Source: Methanobacteriota archaeon
Lineage (GTDB): Archaea > Thermoplasmatota > Thermoplasmata > Methanomassiliicoccales > UBA472
Assembly (NCBI GenBank): GCA_012729095.1
Contig: JAAYDU010000008.1
Span: 12,252-76,251 of the forward strand
Length of the DNA: 64,000 nt
Direction of reading: 5' to 3'
Made by a program: the position numbers and the translations under genes. Position 1 is the first letter of the stretch. The number at the start of each line of letters is the position of its first letter. Below are positions 60,777 through 64,000 of the stretch, in pieces. The notes below the pieces were generated by a model. The model did not search any database. It was given only the letters and a program-made list of their open reading frames with translations, and was not told the DNA's origin.

Positions 60777-61045
60777 GACAATCTGGGCCCCCTTACGTAT
60801 CCCTCATATGTTCCCATCTGCGCTTTGAGCGCCTGGGGGTCGATGTCTTGGGCCGGCTCGTCCTCCCGGAGAACATCGATCACCGGGATGGGGTTGAAGC
60901 TGTAGCTTTCGCCGGCAGGGGCCTCGTCCAGGACCGAGAAGCTGTTCAATATGTCGTCCAGGTCGTTGGCGTATCTCTCCATCTCCTCCTCGGTGAGGTT
61001 AAGCCTGGCCACCTTGGCCACCCGGGCTATGGTCTCTCGTTCCAT
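60773..61045 (-). CDS. gatC: Amidotransferase subunit C
   Basis: VAKVARLNL.EEE, LRED, YVRGPR. Confidence 0.9.
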   Translation of the reverse strand: MERETIARVAKVARLNLTEEEMERYANDLDDILNSFSVLDEAPAGESYSFNPIPVIDVLREDEPAQDIDPQALKAQMGTYEGYVRGPRLS

Positions 61046-61150
61046 GCTGTCACATACCCTGCCGCGCTGCGGCGGTGGAGGTATAATATCGCATATTGTC
61101 AAAGTTTCGCATACCAGGTGGGATTAATAACCTGGGCCATACCGTTGGTG

Positions 61151-61576
61151 ATGAAGTTCCAGCTGTTCACCGACGGAGGGTCGCGCGGAAACCCGGGCGA
61201 CTCCGCGTACGCCTACATCGTACTGGACCAGGATGGCGAGGAGGTGGCCTCCGGGTCAAATTACCTGGGAGTGATGACCAACAACGAGGCGGAATACCAC
61301 GGGCTCTTGGCCGGGCTGAAGGAGCTGCTGAAGAGGGGAGCTGCCGAGGTCGATGTGTATATGGACTCCGAGCTGGTGATAAAGCAGCTGAAAGGTCAGT
61401 ACCGGGTAAAGGCCGCCAACCTGCTCCCATTGTACAGGGAGGCGGTGGGCATCCTCACGGATATGAAGGCCAAGGTCCATCACGTGCCCCGGGAGAACGA
61501 TATGATCGGCAAGGCCGACGCTTTGGTCAATTGGACCTTGGACCAACACAGGCTTGCAAGGCAGCTGAGGCGATGA
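61151..61576 (+). CDS. rnhA: Ribonuclease HI
   Basis: FTDGGSRGNPG, TNNEAEY, DSELV, HVPREN..AD. Confidence 0.92.
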   Translation: MKFQLFTDGGSRGNPGDSAYAYIVLDQDGEEVASGSNYLGVMTNNEAEYHGLLAGLKELLKRGAAEVDVYMDSELVIKQLKGQYRVKAANLLPLYREAVGILTDMKAKVHHVPRENDMIGKADALVNWTLDQHRLARQLRR

Positions 61577-61640
61577 ACCATCGTTCTAATCTGTTTGCAC
61601 CAGACAAATCATTAAATATGAGATGCTAAATGCACCGTCT

Positions 61641-61726
61641 GAGGCGTAAGGGGCCGGAGGCGATTTTCCTCCTAAACTCAACTCCCTTGTGATTTCCCCC
61701 CACATCTTCCGGCCCTGAACCCCCTC
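61641..61726 (+). ncRNA. Putative structured small RNA
   Basis: TATA TTAAATA at 61612; 11-bp stem 61650-61660/61706-61716; CU-rich interior; no credible ORF. Confidence 0.45.
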
Positions 61727-62972
61727 AAGCTCTTAGAACCGCCACCAGCTCCTCCGTTGGGACCAGTGATTGTTCTCCGCTGCGCATGTCCCTCAAGGTC
61801 ACGGAATCGCTCTGCAGCTCCTTCTCCCCGACGATGACCGCGTACCTGCTGGGGATCGTTGCAGCATACTTCAGGCTCTTTCCGATCCCTCTTCTCATAA
61901 GGTCCACATCTGCGGCTATGCCAGCGCGGCGAAGCTCCGATACCATCTGGAAGGCCTTGCTCCTTACGCTGTCGCCGATGGGCACCACGAACGCGGTCAC
62001 GCCGGGCTTGACGAACTCCACGCCCTCGGTCTGCAATGCCAGGAGGGTTCGGTCAAAGCCTATGGCGAAACCGGTGGAGAACACCTTCTCACCACCGAAC
62101 AGCTCCGAGAGCGAGTAGGAACCGCCGCCGCATATCTGCTTCTCAGCCCCCAGCTTGGGCGCGTCGACCTCGAAGACCATGCCGGTGTAGTACGCCAACC
62201 CCCGCACGACGCCCAGGTCCACGCTGACGTTGCTGAACCCCATGGCCAGGAGCATTTCGCACACCTGCCGTATGTAATCGCTGGCCGGCCCCTCCCGCGA
62301 GCCCAATACCGACACGGGCCCGATGATGTTGGTGGTGGATATGATCTCCTCGGCAGCCCTGGCATCCACCCCGGCCTGGGCCATGAGCCCCTCCGCCTCC
62401 GCATAGGCCTTCTTGTCCAGCTTCTGCAGGATCGGCAGGGCGGCGTCCCCGGAGACCCCGGCAGCGGCCAGCATCTCCTTCAGTATGCCGATGTGCCCGA
62501 TGCGTATGCGGTAGTCCTTGAGCCCGGTGCGCTCCAGGATGGCCGCCGCCAGCCCTATGGCCTCGGCGTCCGTCTCCGGGGTAGGGTTCCCGATTATCTC
62601 CGCCCCGAACTGGAAGAACTCCCGGTAACGGCCGGCCTGCGGCCTCTCGTATCGGAAGCACTGGCCGAAGTAGAACAGCTTCAGGGGGCGAGGCAAGGTG
62701 GCCAGGTCGTTGACGAAGAAGCGCATCACCGATGCGGTGAGCTCGGGCCTGAGGCATATCTCCCGGCCCCCCTTGTCCTGGAAGGCGTATATCTCCTCCA
62801 CCACCCCCGGGCCGGATTTCAGAGTGAACAGCTCGGTGTGCTCGAAGATTGGCGTGGCGATCTCCTTGAAGCCATGCAGGACCGCCTCCCTGCGCATCAT
62901 GCCCTCATGGTGGCGCCTGACCTCCATCTCCTCCGGGCCGAAATCCCTGGTGCCCCGGGGCCTTTGGATCAT
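61725..62972 (-). CDS. hisS: Histidyl-tRNA synthetase
   Basis: RPRGTRDF, LRPELT, FRYERPQAGRYREF, RGLAYYTG. Confidence 0.96.
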   Translation of the reverse strand: MIQRPRGTRDFGPEEMEVRRHHEGMMRREAVLHGFKEIATPIFEHTELFTLKSGPGVVEEIYAFQDKGGREICLRPELTASVMRFFVNDLATLPRPLKLFYFGQCFRYERPQAGRYREFFQFGAEIIGNPTPETDAEAIGLAAAILERTGLKDYRIRIGHIGILKEMLAAAGVSGDAALPILQKLDKKAYAEAEGLMAQAGVDARAAEEIISTTNIIGPVSVLGSREGPASDYIRQVCEMLLAMGFSNVSVDLGVVRGLAYYTGMVFEVDAPKLGAEKQICGGGSYSLSELFGGEKVFSTGFAIGFDRTLLALQTEGVEFVKPGVTAFVVPIGDSVRSKAFQMVSELRRAGIAADVDLMRRGIGKSLKYAATIPSRYAVIVGEKELQSDSVTLRDMRSGEQSLVPTEELVAVLRA

Positions 62973-63061
62973 GTGGCTTGAGATGGAAAGGTCGATAATA
63001 AACATTGCGAGAAGGGACCCAGCACAAATATGAATAACATGCTAGACCATTGCTAGGGCGC

Positions 63062-63430
63062 ATGATGGGCGATGATGACCTTCGCCGGAAGGAGCGTCTG
63101 CTGCGGGCGTGGGCGGACGACCTGGACCGCAAGGGATTTACAGATCTGCAGGTGAATTTGGAAAGGTTCCCTGTGAAACCACATGGCTTCGGCGAGCATG
63201 TGCCTGACGTGGTTGCCACGCGCGGGGACGGCCGTCGGCTGGTGGGGGAGATATGGTTATGCGAGTCGCTGGACAAGGATGATCGCATGTTCGCCCGGGC
63301 CATGAGCTACGCCTACCGGGGGGACGTGGTCATGCTGCTGGTGCCGTTCGACTGTCTGGACGAGGCGGAGGACATGGTGAGGGAGTGGGGCCTCTCCTCC
63401 GAGGTCTTCGTCCAGGCGATAATCGATTAG
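63062..63430 (+). CDS. Small hypothetical protein, possible degenerate restriction-endonuclease fold
   Basis: VPDVVA...LVGEI, then helix and MLLVP strand; no catalytic Lys. Confidence 0.5.
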   Translation: MMGDDDLRRKERLLRAWADDLDRKGFTDLQVNLERFPVKPHGFGEHVPDVVATRGDGRRLVGEIWLCESLDKDDRMFARAMSYAYRGDVVMLLVPFDCLDEAEDMVREWGLSSEVFVQAIID

Positions 63431-64000
63431 TTTAACGCCGAATCAAGGTCCTGGCAGAGGTCCTCGGGGTCCTCGATGCCTACAGAAAGCCGTATCATGC
63501 CCTCCCCTATGCCAAGCCTTTCCCGTTCCTGATGGCCGTACGCAGTGTGGGACGTGTTGACGGGCATGCTTGCCAGCGATTCCACGCCGCCCAGGCTGGC
63601 CGCCTTGGCGATGATCTCGAAGCGCCTCATAGCCCTCTCCGCCGCCTGACGCCCGCCCTTCACCTCGAAGGTCACCATGCCGCCGAATCCGTCCATCTGC
63701 CTTTTGGCCAGCTCGTGGTCCGGGTGGGACCTGAGACCCGGATATATGCAATTCGAGACCTTGTCATGACCTTCCAGGAACTCCGCCACCACCCTGGCGT
63801 TGGAATCATGCTTGCGCATTCTCAGGTCCAGGGTCCTCATGCCCCTGCCCAGCAGGTACGCAGGCAACGGGTCCAGCACCCCGCCGTATATCTTCCGCCG
63901 CATGTGCACCTGCTCCATTTCCCCTTTCCCACCGGCCACGAAGCCGGCTATGACGTCCGAATGGCCGTTGAGATACTTGGTGGCGCTGTGCAGCACGATG
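63427..64000 (-). CDS. PLP-dependent trans-sulfuration enzyme (cystathionine gamma-synthase/methionine gamma-lyase family), 5'-truncated
   Basis: HSATKYLNGHSD, YPGL..HP, SLGGVESL, IRLSVGIE. Confidence 0.9.
   Translation of the reverse strand, partial: IVLHSATKYLNGHSDVIAGFVAGGKGEMEQVHMRRKIYGGVLDPLPAYLLGRGMRTLDLRMRKHDSNARVVAEFLEGHDKVSNCIYPGLRSHPDHELAKRQMDGFGGMVTFEVKGGRQAAERAMRRFEIIAKAASLGGVESLASMPVNTSHTAYGHQERERLGIGEGMIRLSVGIEDPEDLCQDLDSALN

Noticed and set aside
61630..61692. 20-codon ORF over the sRNA candidate
   Set aside because: The ATG is only ~12 nt after the TATA box, upstream of the predicted start, and has no RBS.
458..62981. Many long antisense or alternate-frame ORFs (e.g. 23918-25165, 45173-46339, 58213-59589, 61770-62981)
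   Set aside because: Shadows of GC-rich coding genes with no recognisable motifs.
1..64000. CRISPR array or cas operon implied by cas4 and the CARF genes
   Set aside because: No regularly spaced repeats and no cas1/cas2/effector genes seen.

Overview
GC-rich archaeal chromosomal segment. The gene set (aNAC, archaeal hpt/mptA/RNase HII, gatCAB, porCDAB, hypC, PolB2 operon, GvpD/RAD55 KaiC-like ATPases, C25-PKD surface protease) suggests Thermoplasmata, probably Methanomassiliicoccales. That assignment is inferred: no mcr or pyl genes are in the window. Most of it is housekeeping (purine salvage, glmS/glmU, glpABC, ppsA-por, glnA, tRNA charging), with two tRNAs (initiator Met, Asp). I found no CRISPR array, integrase or transposase. 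Best leads: (1) an archaeal CDIN1/C15orf41-type nuclease next to a solo Cas4 whose Fe-S staple spans four transmembrane helices; (2) two CRISPR-orphan CARF-HTH regulators sharing a palindromic operator with a divergent gingipain-like surface protease; (3) an inactive-RadA/small protein/PolB2 cassette with a DNA-damage-box-like promoter motif; (4) a probable ~85-nt structured sRNA with CU-rich loops between rnhA and hisS; (5) a metal/corrinoid-binding protein built from a 900-bp duplication with homogenised ends and a NikR-like operator; (6) a bacterial-type non-discriminating AspRS abutting gatCAB. Two single-base frameshifts (~604, ~47181) and a start-codon anomaly (~27959) may be assembly errors. 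All calls come from reading the sequence; no searches were run.
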